Assembly: GCA_965112735.1 (NCBI GenBank)
Contig: OZ218958.1
Span: 930,001 to 994,000 of the forward strand
Length of the DNA stretch: 64,000 nucleotides
Source: Phaeosaccion multiseriatum
Taxonomy: Eukaryota; Protista; Ochrophyta, other classes
Direction of reading: 5' to 3'
The translations under genes were made by a program, and so were the position numbers. The notes below the pieces were generated by a model. That model did not search any database and had not been told where the DNA came from. It saw only the letters and a program-made list of their open reading frames with translations. Each line of letters begins with the position of its first letter. The stretch's first letter is position 1. This document shows positions 10,590 to 23,783 of the stretch, piece by piece.

Positions 10590-13500
10590 ATGAAGTCTGC
10601 TCAGCTGTTTTGCGCAAGCATCTTGAGCGCGTCGCGGACGCCAGCCTCGCTGGCCTTCGTCCTTTCCTCGCCGCCCCAGCAGGTGGAGCAGAGGGCAGAC
10701 AAAGGGAGGCGAGCAACAGGAACAAACAATCGCTCCCTACTTCAACACTCTCCCGACCTCTACTCTTCTCCTTCTTCACTCAAGGCATTAACAATAGCGC
10801 AGCTCCTCGTGGAGCCTCTGTAGCTCTAACTCCATCGCCCCACCTCCGGCCCTGGCTCTCGCCCCGCTGGCTCGTGATCCTACATTATTATTACTCAGGC
10901 GAAGGCGGGGGCGGAGGGCCCAGCAGTCCGCTTCCGCTCCACCACCACCACGACGACTTCTCCTCCTTCTGCCACGGCTCTGGGTACCAGCAAGACGACT
11001 CTACCAATCCCATTCCCCGACTTTGTGGAGCACCTAGACTTGAGCGATACGGAGGATGATGAGTCGTCCAGGAGCTTTTTCCGACACTTTCCGACGAGTA
11101 CCATGATGTTGGACGATGATCCCTTGGTACGTCGTCCTCATCTCTCCCGGCCTTGGTACCCTAATGGGTACATCCCGGCCTTACTTGGTTTATGGTCACT
11201 TTTATCTCCTTGTTGATCGCCTTACCTCTGGGCCTGTATCTTCTGCCGCCTGTCTCCTCCTCTCGTGGAATCAGATCAAGCAGCTCCGGGCCAAGGGCTT
11301 CAAGCCGGGGCTCACAGAGACGGACAAAGAGTACGCACTGACCTTCCCCATTGACTTGGTGAGCCGAGGAGAGTGAGGAGTCGCGTAGTCCCTTGGGGAG
11401 GGAGGAGGCGGGGTTAGCTGTGTGTAGTCAACAAGCAACAAAAGCACGCACCAGAAGGTTCGAAAGCAATCCACCAAAACTGATATCGACGACTCCTCTC
11501 TCCATTCTATTCTATGCGCATTGTATTATTGCCACCACTCATACAGCCAGCTCCAGAGCACATACGCGTAGAAGTCGAGGGACCCGTCCTGACGCTGTCG
11601 CTGCATCGAACAAAGGTGAGTGCTGCCTGCCTGCTGGACGTCGCTTTGATTGTTTGCTTTTGTATCAGTACAGTGTATCGCCTTTGACCACCTCGTATGT
11701 CTATTTTCTGCTACTTGACAATTGTCGCAATGGTGACATAGCCCGGACTATTGACTCTCGTCTCTACTTGCTCTGTGCCGTAACAGGAAGACACTGGGGG
11801 CGGACGCGCTCAGCTCAGCGCTGGCTCCGTGATGAGGAGCTTCATACTACCGGACGGACTTGATACGGTGAGAGGGAGAAGGAGGGGGCTGTGGCCGAGT
11901 CGGAGTAGTGACGGCTGTGGAACGATGGGAGGGAGGAGAAGGAGCAGTGGTGTAGGTGGGCATGGCGTAGCGACCGCGATGGCGATAGCGATGGCGGCAG
12001 CCCGTCTCTCATGGCTTGCGGCTCGAGATTTCTCCCCGACATACTTCCCACACATGCGCAAACCGCCCTCTCCTGGCCTTGCCCTTACGCTGCGCCCGCT
12101 GCCCGCTGATCTAAAAACGCATTGGAATGGGAGCGAAGGATGAGATGACCAAGACCGTCGTGCGAGGCAAGCTACTGCTCACCTTCCCCAAGACATCCGA
12201 CTTCGCCGCCCCTCCGCCCGGCTCCACGAAGGAGCAGCAGCAGGAGTACCCGCAGGAGGGTAGGGTCTGGCACTGGTTCGACGAAGAAGAGGGCGACGCT
12301 CTCTTACACGCTTACTATGAGGTGAGCAAGCGCAAGCTTCAGCGTTTGTCTCGTCTGCTTGAGTCGTGCGAGGGAAGCAAGGGCAGCGGGTACACACACG
12401 ACTGGTAGCAAGTGCGAATGCGATAAGCAAGCGACCAGAAGGATGACTAATGGCAATCCTCGCGCATACGCTGCTTCGCTCCTTCCCTTCCTCGCTCCCT
12501 CCGCCTCCTTCCCTCCAATGCCATTCCCTGCCATCCCCTGTATACCCATCTCTCTCTGCAGCCGGAGGGGAGCAGGCCGGAAGTGGAGGAACGTACCGGG
12601 ACCATTCCCGTCCCCTCCCAGTCGGACCTTCACCTCAACATGAGGTCGTCGCCACCGCAGCCGCAGAAAGGACGGCGAATGACGAGGGTCGAGGCAAGCC
12701 ACAGAGCGAACATGGCCGTCTCGTGGCACGCAAATCACAAGAAGCAGGTGCGTACGTTCGTGCGTGCGCGTGCGTTTTTCTAACATCTCACCGCGGCTCT
12801 GTTTCTCCACTTCTGCTGCTTCGACTGCTGCGTTGCGTGCGTGCGTGCGTGCGTGCATGGTCTAGGTGTGGTGAATCAACAACACGTGGTGCATCAACTC
12901 ACCAACTATCCAAGTACCCAACTACTCATCCTATCCAACTCTCTGTGTTCCATCAGAGCGAGTACTACTTACTGGACGTGGCACTGCCCATGGGCACGAG
13001 GAGAGGAGACGTGAGTCTGTCCCTCGACACGCACCCCTGGGAAGGCGTGCAGGCTTTCCGTAAGGTGCACGCCAAGGACCACTTCGTTCTCAAGGTCAGA
13101 AGTCAGAGGGTGGAGGACGAGAGAAAGAGGCGAAGAAGGCCCCAATCTTCCCCTCCTCTCGACCGCTGCCCTCCTCTCTCTCGTCCCCTCCACTCAGTGC
13201 TGCCGTTTCGCTCCTCTGCGGCTCGTTCATACCTTTTTGTCACTGTACCTGTCTGTTCTCTCGTTGTTCATCTCTCCTTCTCACGCACTCTCGCTCCCTC
13301 TGTCTCTCTCTCCCTCTCTCTGTCTCTCTTTCCCTCTCCCTCTCTCTGTCTCTCTCTCCCTCTCCCTCTCTTTGCCTGACACTGACTACTCCATACTCGC
13401 ACTGACTTCCTGAACTGGTACGACCGCGCTCCCTCCCTTCCTCCCTCCCTCCCTCCCTCCCTCCCTCCCTCCCTCCCTCTAGATCGCCGTCAAGGGCAGG

Positions 13501-13725
13501 GGGGGGCAGCGATACGTCCAGCTGCCGGCCGATGTGAGCACTGTCGAGGGAGACATCACCGCATCCTTCATCAAGGAGTGGAAAGGAGCGCCTCATCGAG
13601 GTGGGGAAAACGAAGGCGAAGGAGAAGGGGAGGGGAGAGGGGAAGCCGTGTCCGGGCTGAGTATCAAGCTGGCAAGAGTGAAGCCGCCGAGCGCCTTCTC
13701 GGAGATGAAAATCCCCATCGCTTGA
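10590..13725 (+). CDS. Small heat-shock (HSP20-like) protein with two alpha-crystallin-like domains, multi-exon
   Basis: Domain 1: LTETDKEYALTFPID ... RSFILPDGLD ... GKLLLTFPK. Domain 2: EYYLLDVALPMGTRRGDVSLSL ... ITASF ... GLSIKLARVKP ... KIPIA* (IxI motif). The N-terminus MKSAQLFCASIL...ASLAFV resembles a bipartite targeting signal. Confidence 0.65.
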
Positions 13726-14272
13726 CTGTGAGTGGGTGGGTGGGTGGGTGGGTGGTGTCTTTCGAATAGCACGGATAGGGCACACGAAGCAAGAAGGTGT
13801 TTGGCTAACCTTGTCAGCCATGAGTGAATGGGCCGGCATGGACCACGGGAGCTCAGCAGGGAGCCGTTCCAAATCATGTGTCTCATCACTCCCGATCCAG
13901 TGGCTGCTTACTCACTCACCAGAAGGCAAAGGCGTGTGGAATCAGGGCCAGAGCCACACGAGTAGGCGGCGACCACCAGGAGCGAAGCGAGCAGGGGCCT
14001 TAACAATCTCTTCACTCCAGCATTGTATAGACTCTACTTGTAAGGAAATATTGAAAAAGCTGGACATTAGCTAGCTGTACGCCCAGCCTCAGTGAATCCC
14101 TCGCTGCATCTGTGCCTTGCTTGCCCTGGTGGGCTGCATGAACCACTCAGCCGTCTTGACTTCTATCCCGTCCAACCACTCCAGCCCCTGAGGTCAGTTA
14201 CTCCATTTGCGCGCGCGCATCCAGCCACTGGCAGTCCGGGGCGGTTACATACCCAGCCATATCCAGCAGATG

Positions 14273-15079
14273 TCACTCCATTCTGGGCGGTAAGATGTGA
14301 GCCACCTTTAAGTTAGCGTACGCAGAGAGTAGCTGGCTCACTACTGTTGTGTCCCCATGTCCCCTGGCGAGATCGAGGGCAGTGAACCCTTCTTCGCTCA
14401 GTTTATCGACGACTGCGTGGGCCGAGAGAAGCATCTCCACCACTGCGGGGTGACCATTACCGCTTGCCCACATGAGCGCAGTCATTTGATAGTCGTCCGC
14501 ATGGTCGACGTCCCCCCCCCCCGTGGTTAATAGCATCTTCAACACGCCGAGCTTTCCGTGCTGACTGGCGGCTATCAAAGGTGTCTTACCCCCAGGCCCT
14601 CCTCCAGTGTTGACAGGCACCCCTTGCCGCAGCAAAAGCCACACAACATCCTTTCGGCCATACTCCGCACCCAAAACAATGGCTGTAGTGCCATCCTCTT
14701 GTATTGGCTGGTCCAAGCTGGCTCGACCGCGCTCCGCGACTAGCTGCGTCATGATGGACTCGATCATTGCAGTCGCTCTCCCGGATCGTATGGCTTGGCA
14801 GAGACGCTTCGACTGCGGGTGTGGAAGTGAGAGGGAGGCAGGAGGGGAAGGAGGGAGCGGCAGAAGGAGGGCAAGTGACACAGACGGAGAAAAGGGGAAA
14901 GAGATTGAACAGAGCGAGAGAGAGAAGGATTCAAAGAGCGACGTGGTCTCAAGTGCAGTCGACGCGGAGTGAGACTTAAGTGGCTTGTACTCCCGCACGA
15001 CATGCCCTCTGTGAACCACAGCCGGTCACTGCAGTGCCTGAGACAGCGTGCTTACCTCGATGGCAAGTTCCTGCTCCAT
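14273..15079 (-). CDS. Ankyrin-repeat protein (about 4 repeats)
   Basis: Repeats GTTAIVLGAEYGRKDVVWLLL, GKTPLIAASQHGKLGVLKMLL, MTALMWASGNGHPAVVEMLL and GFTALDLARGHG. A short first exon 15079-15056 (MEQELAIE|gtaag) splices to 14812. The 3' end is uncertain. Confidence 0.85.
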
Positions 15080-15967
15080 GATTAAAGGCGCTACAGACTT
15101 GAATCAAAGCTCTTTCCCTGGCTCATAGTGGAGAGGTTTGGGGGGGAGACCACAGGCGAGGGGGGGCTGAGGATGGCTGCGTAGTCAACAACAAGACGAA
15201 GCCGATGAGGGTAGCCCTGCCAGGGGGAAGGGGGGCTTCGCGACACACTCGCTCACGAAGAAGCTAGACTACTGAATCGCTCGACTTGCGTTCGACCCTG
15301 TCGGCGGCTAAAAGGGGCCAACAAAGCAAGAGTAGGAGAGGAGGGTGAGCAGCCGACTAGGTACAAGCATCCTCACCGAGCACACGCAATGAAGCCAGAT
15401 CCTTCCTTCCTTCCCCCCCTTGAGCGGCAACTTGCATTACCTGATTGCGGGACCAGCGGGGTACGGGTATTTATACCAGCAGCTACTAGCCTAAGATAAA
15501 GGAGGCTTAGCAGCTTAGAAGCTATACGGAGCAGCACCTCTACGTCTCCTCTCCTAAATAACATATATTTATATGGAGAGGAGAGATAATGAGAGAGAGA
15601 GAGACAATTTTGGAGCGTTAAGTTGGGTCCCGCAATTTGGGGACGGCCACAAGCAAGCAGCCCACGGGCGACGACGCCGACGACGGGCTGTGGGTGGGTT
15701 ATGCGACGCCCCCATCCTGTTGGTGCGTGAGCCAGGACAGTGGCGCCCCTTCTCAACTCCGCCCCATGTAGTTGTCTGGCTGCCCTCCTTGCTGGTGGCG
15801 CGACACGGGCGGAAGGTGCCCTACTGATGGGGTGGGCGACGTGCCCCTCGCCCGCGCGCTCGATTGGGTGCGGTCTCTTATGCCCCTTGTGCGCCGCCTC
15901 TCGGTCATCGTGCCTCCCTTGCTCTGCCTCCCCTGCTGTGCCCCCCACAATACTCGCTGCCCCTCAG

Positions 15968-16668
15968 ACGTATGTCACAAGGCACGCCTTGACCTTCCTG
16001 TCTGATGACGGCTTGGCCGAGAACGAGATCGAGATCGGAGTGAAAGATATCACCACACACACAACCCCGGATCCCCGCGGGCGGCGCTTGCCTCGGCGAG
16101 GACTCCCTGGAGATGATCTTGAATGGAGAAACCATGACCGAGCCCGGGGTGTACACGATGGACAACGGCGCCACGATCAGGGCCTTCAACAACGCCGGGT
16201 CCTGCCAGACAAGCGTGCCGCCCACATGCTTAAGTGCCTGACTGAGGAGGAGGAGCTCCGTTCGGTAGTGCAGCGTCGCCTCAACGAGGCAGGCCCGACA
16301 CCTTTTACTGGTGACCTCGATGCCCTGGACGTGCTGGAGGCTCGTCTCTACACGATGGAGGATCGCGAGCAATGCAAGGCGTAGATTGCCGAGAAGCGTA
16401 CACAGCGAGACCTCTTCGACTCCCCCGCCGGTAGCTGGTGGGCCTCCGTCTACATCACCATCCAGCTCGATTGACGCCAGGAGGTCGAGTGCTGCCACGC
16501 CCACGTCGTGGACCCCACCCTGATCCTCTCCCCCCGCCACGAGGAAGGCGTGGAGCAGTGGAGCGGTGTGCTCCGAGAGACGCAGAGCCTCAAGCTCGAC
16601 AGCGACGGCAAGGCTGTCTGTCAAAAGGGCGCGACGCCATCCTGAGCTCTGTGCGCGACGAGGACTAA
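15968..16668 (+). pseudogene. Degraded coding-like segment of unknown origin
   Basis: Non-repetitive, GC3-rich, protein-like reading that switches frames near 16060 and 16195 and has in-frame stops at 16382 and about 16472. No family recognised. Confidence 0.35.
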
Positions 16669-17436
16669 TACATTGTGGACGGGCCCTGGGGCACTGCCTT
16701 CCCTGCGCGCTGCTCGTCTTGAGTCTACAGCAGCGGCAGGCCAGCCTCCCCGCCTCCCCTCCCCTCCCCAGCAGCGGCAAAGTCAGATGACTAGTCAGAG
16801 GAGTCGTAGTCAAAAAATAAGGTGAATTATTTACAACTGCTTCTGCCCTAGTCTATTTCCCTGCACTTGTTTGTGTCTACCCCTCTTCTCCTCCACCCAC
16901 CCAAGCTGGTGTGACGAGCTCTCTCCTCTCTGCTGAACGAAGAAGCATCAAGCGCCACGGTGCAAGGCATCTATCTCGCTTTAGAGTTCTACTTTATTGT
17001 CCCTCCCCACTCCACTCACTTGCCTTGCCTTGCATTACCATCCACACATACAGTTACTTCTTTTGTCGTTTTGTCGCCTTCCGCAATGAAGGTGGTGAGT
17101 TTGGCCGGGCTCACCCCCTCCAAAAATTTCCCGCTTATGATACAGTGTCCATTCCTCCTCCCAGTCCCTCCCTCTCTCGTGTATGTATCCTGCCTGCCCC
17201 ACACTGTGGCCCTTCATCAGCTCACCCCACCAGCCACCTCCGATTTCCCCTGCTTGCTCCGCTCTGCACTGCTCTGCTCTGCTCTGCTCTGCTCCTCCTC
17301 CGCTCCGTCTCAGCGATGCTCGCCTCGACTCTCTTGCGTTTCTCTCCTCTCCTCTGTGCTTCTCCCCTCTGCAGTTCCGGCTGTGTCAATGCGCTTTCCT
17401 TCCTTCTGTCCTTGACTTTGCTCGCTCTGTGTCTAG

Positions 17437-20400
17437 CTAGGCAGACACAGCCTGAGAGCAACAAAATGAAAGGCACAGCACCGCGCACCGGTCATTACGA
17501 AGCAAAACAGCATACATGTAAAAAAAAACACCACAGCCGAAGCCAAAAGGGCGGACGCGCCCATAGATACAAAGTACCACAACAACGTTCCTATCCCTCT
17601 CTCTCAAACGTTACTACCTCTCTCTATACATACATACGAAGGCAACAAAGCAAACATGACCAAACATGAGCTCACACAGACGCACCTCTTGCAGCTCCTC
17701 CTCCCTGTCTGCGTCCGTTACACCCGTCTCTCCATACAGGTGAAGGAGGTCGCTCATATGCTCCTTGATGACCACGTGGCGCTTCACTGACATCTTCGGC
17801 GTCATCATACCACGCTCCTGAAATAGGCGTACGGGTGGGCAAGCAGAGGGAGGGAGGGAGGGAGGGAGGGAGGCAGGTAGGTAGGGAGGTAGGTAGGGAG
17901 GGAGGGAGGGGAGGGAAGGAGTCAGTGGAGGGAGTGAGTAAGTGGAGAGAGGGAGTGGAGAAAGAGATTTCATTGATTGATGGATCGGACAGGGGGCACT
18001 AAGTGGGTATGCGTGTGGGTGGGCGTGTGCACGCGTGTGGGTGCGGTGCGTGTGTGTGTGTGCAAGGGTGCGCGCGAGTGTGTGTGTGTGCGTGTTGCTT
18101 GTGGGGGAAAGCAAAGTGGTACACATACCGCCGTGAACCCCTCCTCCAGCAGGGTCCAGCTCTTGGGCTGCTCGTAACGCTTGACCTTCTCGAGCCGAAG
18201 CTGAACCTGAGAGAGGCCGGGTGGGGAGTGTCAGGACAGAGGTGTGGGGAGAGTCAGGACAGAGGGCTAGGCGGGTTCAGGACAGAGGCGAGAGCGGAGA
18301 GGATGTAGAAGGCGGGGGGGGGGGGGGGTGAGAAATACACACAAGACTTCCCCTCTGCACCGCGATCTCCCTCCCTCCCCCTGCCTGCCCATATGCCTGC
18401 CTGACCTCTCCTTCGATGAGGTTGTGCACAATGGGATGGGCAGACAGCTCCTGCTTGGTGGCGTCCTGTAGAGAAGAGTAAGTGGGTGCGTGTGTGTGTG
18501 TGAGCGTGGGGGTCGCAACGTTGAGTAAGTGTGTGGGCCTCTTACGCTGGAACTGAAACTAAACGGCCTGGGCGGTATGTGTGTGGTGTGTATGCATGCG
18601 AGTGTGAGTGTGTGTGTGTGTGTGCTCGTACCGGTCCTAGATCGGTCTTCTCCACGGCCCAGGCCCTGATGGCGTCCCAGTCAGGCACCAGCAGAGCGAC
18701 GTTGTAGGGCCTGTTCTCTCCGTACAGAAGAGCCTGAGCCACACGGACGGGACGACAGAGGCATATGGGGGGAGGGAGGGAGAGAGAGAGAACGCGAGAG
18801 AAGGCGGGTGTAAGGGAGAGGGGGCGAGAAAATAGATATGAGAGAAGGCACCACATCACTCTTTCGTCTCACTCACTCATCTCACTCATCTCACCCACTG
18901 ACTCACTCACTCAACCTCTCATCCTCGCACCCTCACTCACACACTCCCACCCACCCACCCCTTCACTTACTCCCTCCACTCACCTGCGTGATGAAGGTGC
19001 TGGCCGCGAGGTCGGCTTCAATGGGTCCGGGCACCACATACTTGCCATTCTCCAGCTTGTACATCTCCTTGATGCGGCCCGTAATCTTAAGGTACTTGCC
19101 CTCCACCAGCATACCGAGGTCCCCGGTCTTGAAGAAGCGCCTCCCTTTGTACTCAAAGAATACCTCTGCAGTGGCCTCGGGCAGGTTGTGGTAGCCCTGG
19201 TAGGTGTGTTGTGGTATGTCAGTGGGTGGGTGGGTGTGGGTGGGTGGGTGGGTGTGGGTGGGTGGGTGTGGGTGGGTGGGTGTGGGTGGGGAGGAGGGGT
19301 GGGCGAGTGTGTGGGTGTGCGGGTGAGTGAGTGAGTGTGGGTGTTTGTTGGAGTCGTCTAAAGAAACTGGAACTGGAACTGGAACGGAAAAAACAATTGG
19401 CACAGTGGTTCTGCTTCGCAGAAGCATTCAGCACTGCTTGACAAAAGCATTCCGTACTGGTTGACACACACTCACAAGCATAACGTTGGGCCCCGACACG
19501 CACACCTCCCCCTCGGCCTCCTCCTGCTGGCAGGGCATTTCCGCCGCGTTGTCCCACACCATCACTGTCTGCCCCTCCAGCATCCTGAGGGAGAGTGGAG
19601 AGGGGATCAAGACAGGCGGGTGGTGAGGTGGGTAGGTGGGTAGGCAGGTAGGTAGGTGGGTAGGTAGTAGGTAGTAGGTAGGTGGTAGGTAGTAAGAAGA
19701 AGGAAGGAAGAAGGAGGGAGGAAGGTAGGAAGGAGGCAGGTAGGGAGGGAGCGAAGGAGGGAGGTCGGCAGGTAGGTATGCAGGTCGCAGTTAGGTAGAA
19801 CGCAGGTAGGTAGGTAGGTAGGTAGGTAGGTAGGTAGGTAGGTAGGTAGGTAGGTATGCAGGTCGCAGTTAGGTAGAACGCAGGTAGGTAGGTAGGTAGG
19901 TAGGTAGGTAGGTAGGTAGGTAGGTAGGTAGGTATGCAGGTCGCAGTTAGGTAGAACGCAGGTAGGTAGGTAGGTAGGTAGGTAGGTAGGTAGGTAGGTA
20001 GGTAGGTAGGTAGGTAGGTAGGTAGGTATGCAGGTCGCAGTTAGGTAGAACGCAGGTAGGTAGGTAGGTAGGTAGGTAGGTAGGTAGGTAGGTAGGTAGG
20101 TAGGTAGGTATGCAGGTCGCAGTTAGGTAGAACGCAGGTAGGTAGGTAGGTAGGTAGGTAGGTAGGTAGGTAGGTAGGTAGGTATGTAGGTAGGTAGGTA
20201 GGTAGGTAGGTAGGTAGGTAGGTAGGTAGGTAGGTAGGTAGGTAGGTAGGTAGGTAGGTAGGTAGGTAGGTATGCAGGTCGCAGTTAGGTAGAACGCAGG
20301 TAGGTAGGTAGGTAGGTAGGTAGGTAGGTAGGTAGGTAGGTAGGTAGGTAGGTAGGTAGGTAGGTAGGTCGGTAGGCAAGTGGGAAGGGGAGGGTCGCGT

Positions 20401-23400
20401 GAGGAAAAACAAACCCCCCTGCCAATCGAACCCCCCCCCGCCCCCGTTGCTGTAAGCTGCCTTCCTGTCACCCTCACCTGCCCGTGGTGCCCAGCTTGCG
20501 GTTCTTGAGTCCAGGTGAGTTGACAGAGATGAGGGGCGACGTTTCAGTGAGTCCGTAACCTTCGCAGATCTGAATACCAATGTTCTCGAAGAATTGGAGG
20601 ACAGGAAGAGGGGTCGCTGCTCCGCCTACGAAACACACCTGAAAGTAGTAGGCAGTATGAAAAGTAGTATGTGTGTAATACAAGGAGTCGGAGTAGTAGC
20701 AGAAGTAGTGGTAGCAGTAGTAGCAGCAGCCAAACAGGAAGGAGGAGGAGGAGGAGGAGGAGGAGGAGGAGAGGGGGTTTACACCATTGACAAGCAACGC
20801 TAAGCACGATGCCACACGCTACCATCCCCCCACCCCCTCTCCCACTCTCCTCCCACCCTTCTCTTGAGCTCTTTCATCCCCATCTTGCTCTTCTTCCCAT
20901 GTCCCCTTCTCCCCCTCTCTGACCTACCCTCATCTGGCCTCCCAGGCGGTCTCTGATCTTGGAGAGCACCAACTTATCGAGCAGTAAGTGTTCATAATGC
21001 AGCATCAGTCCCACTGACTTATCCGACTCCAGCAGGAGGCGGCGGTGGTGACTGGCTTGCACGCTGCGCTTGAAGAGGAACTGCACCAAGGGGCTGCTTG
21101 CAGCCATCTTCATTGGATTGATGATGTTCGAGAGGAGGAGGAAGAGGAGGTGGAGGAGGAGGAAAAGGAGCGAGGAGGAGGAGGAGGAGGAGGGGGGGGG
21201 GAGAAGGAGGAGGAGGCGGAGGAGCAGCAGCAGCAGCAGCAGGAGGAGGAGGAGGAAGATGAGGGACAGTGCACTTGCCAGTGCGTACGATGATGAAACA
21301 CCATGGTGCGGAAGAGCCACACACGGCCGAGCACGAACCCACTTCTCCACTTCCCTTCACTCTCCGCCCCTCCTCCCCTCGCTATCCTTCCCTCTTCTTC
21401 CCTCGCTCTCCTTCAGTACTCTTCCCGCGCCCCCCTTCCCTCCTCTTCGCCCCTACCCCCTCCAATTACCTTCGCGTGAATGCCGTCGTAGATCTTCTTG
21501 AAGAGGGTGGGCACCGAGTACAGAGCAGTAGGCCTCACCTCCTGCGCTCGGTGACAGGAGGAGGAGGAGGAGGAAAGGGGGCGAAGCTCCCGGTCAATTC
21601 ATACAAGCAAACACAGAGTGTGCAGATAAACGCACACAGATACACACCCGTCCCCCGCCCATGTATCATACGCAATTCTTAGGCTGATTCCTATAAGTCA
21701 ATAAATTATCCCTCCCTGGGGATGCCCCTCCTTGCCTGCAGGTTGTCCGGCAGCTTCTCGATGGACTCGGCAATGCCCATGGCGGCACCGTGCCCATGCA
21801 GCACGTGAAGCTCCAGGGTCTGTCCGTAGCAGTGCGCCCAGGGCAGGAAGGAGAGGGAGCGGTCGTGGCAGGAGATGCTGTCCGGGGGAATGACGGAGCG
21901 GAGCCCCGTCACGTTGGAGATGATGTTGGCGTGGCTGTGTGTAGTATGTCAATGGGTGTGAGTGCAGCATGTCAATGGGTGTATGTAGTTATGTCATGTG
22001 TCATGGCGGGTGGGTGCGTAGGAAGGGTGAGTTTGTTCGGGTGGTGGGAAAGGACGAAGAGAGGGAGGGAGGGAGGGAGGGAGGGAAGGTGAGTGAGTGA
22101 GTGAGTGAGTGAGGGGGGCAGGGAGGGAGGGATGGTGAGTGAGTGAGTGAGTGAGGGGGGCAGGGAGGCGTGCATGTCGGGGCTGGGCACTTAATTCAGC
22201 AAAACCAACAAACGCGTCCACCTCTGCTGCGTAACTGACCTCAGCATGACCCCCTTGGGCTTTCCCGTGGTGCCTGATGTGTAGATGAGGGTGGCGATGT
22301 CATCGGGGTGGGGCAGAAAGGGAGGGACGGGGTCCTGTTCGGCAACAGTTGTGGACATGAGCTGCTTGAAACTGTGCGGGGCTGCAAGGTCGGGGGGTTG
22401 GGGGAGGGGAGGAGGAAGGGGACAGGACAGAAGGAGGTCAGACAGAAGGCAAGAGGGAAGGAAGGAACACTCACTCACTCACTCACTCACTCACTTCACT
22501 CACCCACTCCACCCACCCAATCACACACCCACTTCACCTCCACCCACCACTCTCTCACTCTCTCACTCACGCACTCACACTCCACTCACCCACCCACTCA
22601 CTCTACTCCACCCACCACCCGCTCACTCACCCAACCCATCACTCCATCTCCTCCCTCTCTCCCTCCCTCCTACTGTACCCTCACTCGCCTCCCTCCCATT
22701 CCTCAGCCCCCTCCCTCCCTCACCTGTCGGGCTCGCATCGAGGCACCACACACTCTCCAGCTTGCCCTGTACCCCCGCAAAGTGAAACGTCTGATGGTAA
22801 ATGTCCTCCGAGGCCACAAAGAGAGCCTTGGCACCAGAGTCGCTGACAATGTACTGCCAATCCTTCTGCAGCATCTGTTCGTACATGGGTACGAAAGCAG
22901 CACCCAGGCTGTAGGTAGCGTAGGCCAGGATGGCCCACTCCACCCGGTTGTTGCTAATGATGGCCACCTTGTCCCCCCGCTTAATGCCTTGGGAGGCGAG
23001 CGCTGCTCGGCACACATCAACGTCCTTTCCGAAGTCTTTGTACGACATCCACTCGAACTCTCCCTGTGTGTGTTGCGTGTGTGGGGGGGTGCGGGGTGGG
23101 ACAATGGATTGAGCATTGAGGGGAGAAGGGTGGGACGGGAGGGGAGACGAAAGACGGGGGTGGGAGGAGAGGAAGGCGGAGATGTGGTGAGTTCGTGACG
23201 TAAAGCCTCTCATACACATCGCTATACACATCTCAACCCCCTCTCTCTCCATCTCTCTCTGTCCCTCCCGAAAATAGGCAAGGCTTTCCACCCTGTGCTG
23301 CTGCTGCTGCTGCTGCTCTGATGCTGTTGCTGCTGCTTCTTCCCCTCTCACTCTCACCTCCGGGTCCAGCTTGCGTCCGAAGAGCGGTCGGTCAGCAAAG

Positions 23401-23783
23401 GACTGTCTGGTGATGAGGTGGAGGTCCACAAGCGTGGTAAAGTCCATGAATTTTGGTGTCTCGTGCACTTCGGGAGCCCCCTTGTCAGTCTTGGCATTAG
23501 CTTTGCTGCTCTGCGAAGCCGGTGAGCCCGCTCTACTCCCAAAACTTCTAAACTGCTTTGGGAAGGTCCCGTCTATTGATGCCACGGGTCCGAAGCGAAA
23601 CAGGCCCCTGTCTGACGTCGCTACCGAACCGGCATGGCGATGGTGGTGTTGGTAGTAGCTCCTGCTGCCGATGCTCCTGCTTGCAGCCGCCGCAGCCCCA
23701 TTCCTGCTCCCCCGAGAGGAGCAGAGGACGGTTCGTTTCATTTGGTGGGCCAGAAGGCGCCCCACCTGGCCGCTTCCACTCAT
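17437..23783 (-). CDS. Long-chain acyl-CoA synthetase (AMP-dependent ligase), multi-exon
   Basis: Motifs [107 protein letters not shown] and MTPKMSVKR. The Arg/Ser-rich N-terminus suggests organellar targeting. The last exon (AVSA*) is inferred. Confidence 0.92.
19770..20370. repeat. Higher-order intronic satellite: (TAGG)n interrupted six times by a 27-bp unit
   Basis: Unit tatgcaggtcgcagttaggtagaacgc at about 19777, 19855, 19933, 20027, 20109 and 20271. Confidence 0.9.
21630..21716 (+). mobile_element. Extremely 5'-truncated copy (C) of the same non-LTR element 3' terminus, inside an acyl-CoA synthetase intron
   Basis: caattcttaggctgattcctataagtcAATAAAttatccctccc matches the reverse complement of 10166-10209. 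Confidence 0.65.

Noticed and set aside
19770-20370. CRISPR-like alternation of a constant 27-bp unit and spacers
   Set aside because: The spacers are only (TAGG)n, the array lies in a spliceosomal intron, and there are no cas genes.
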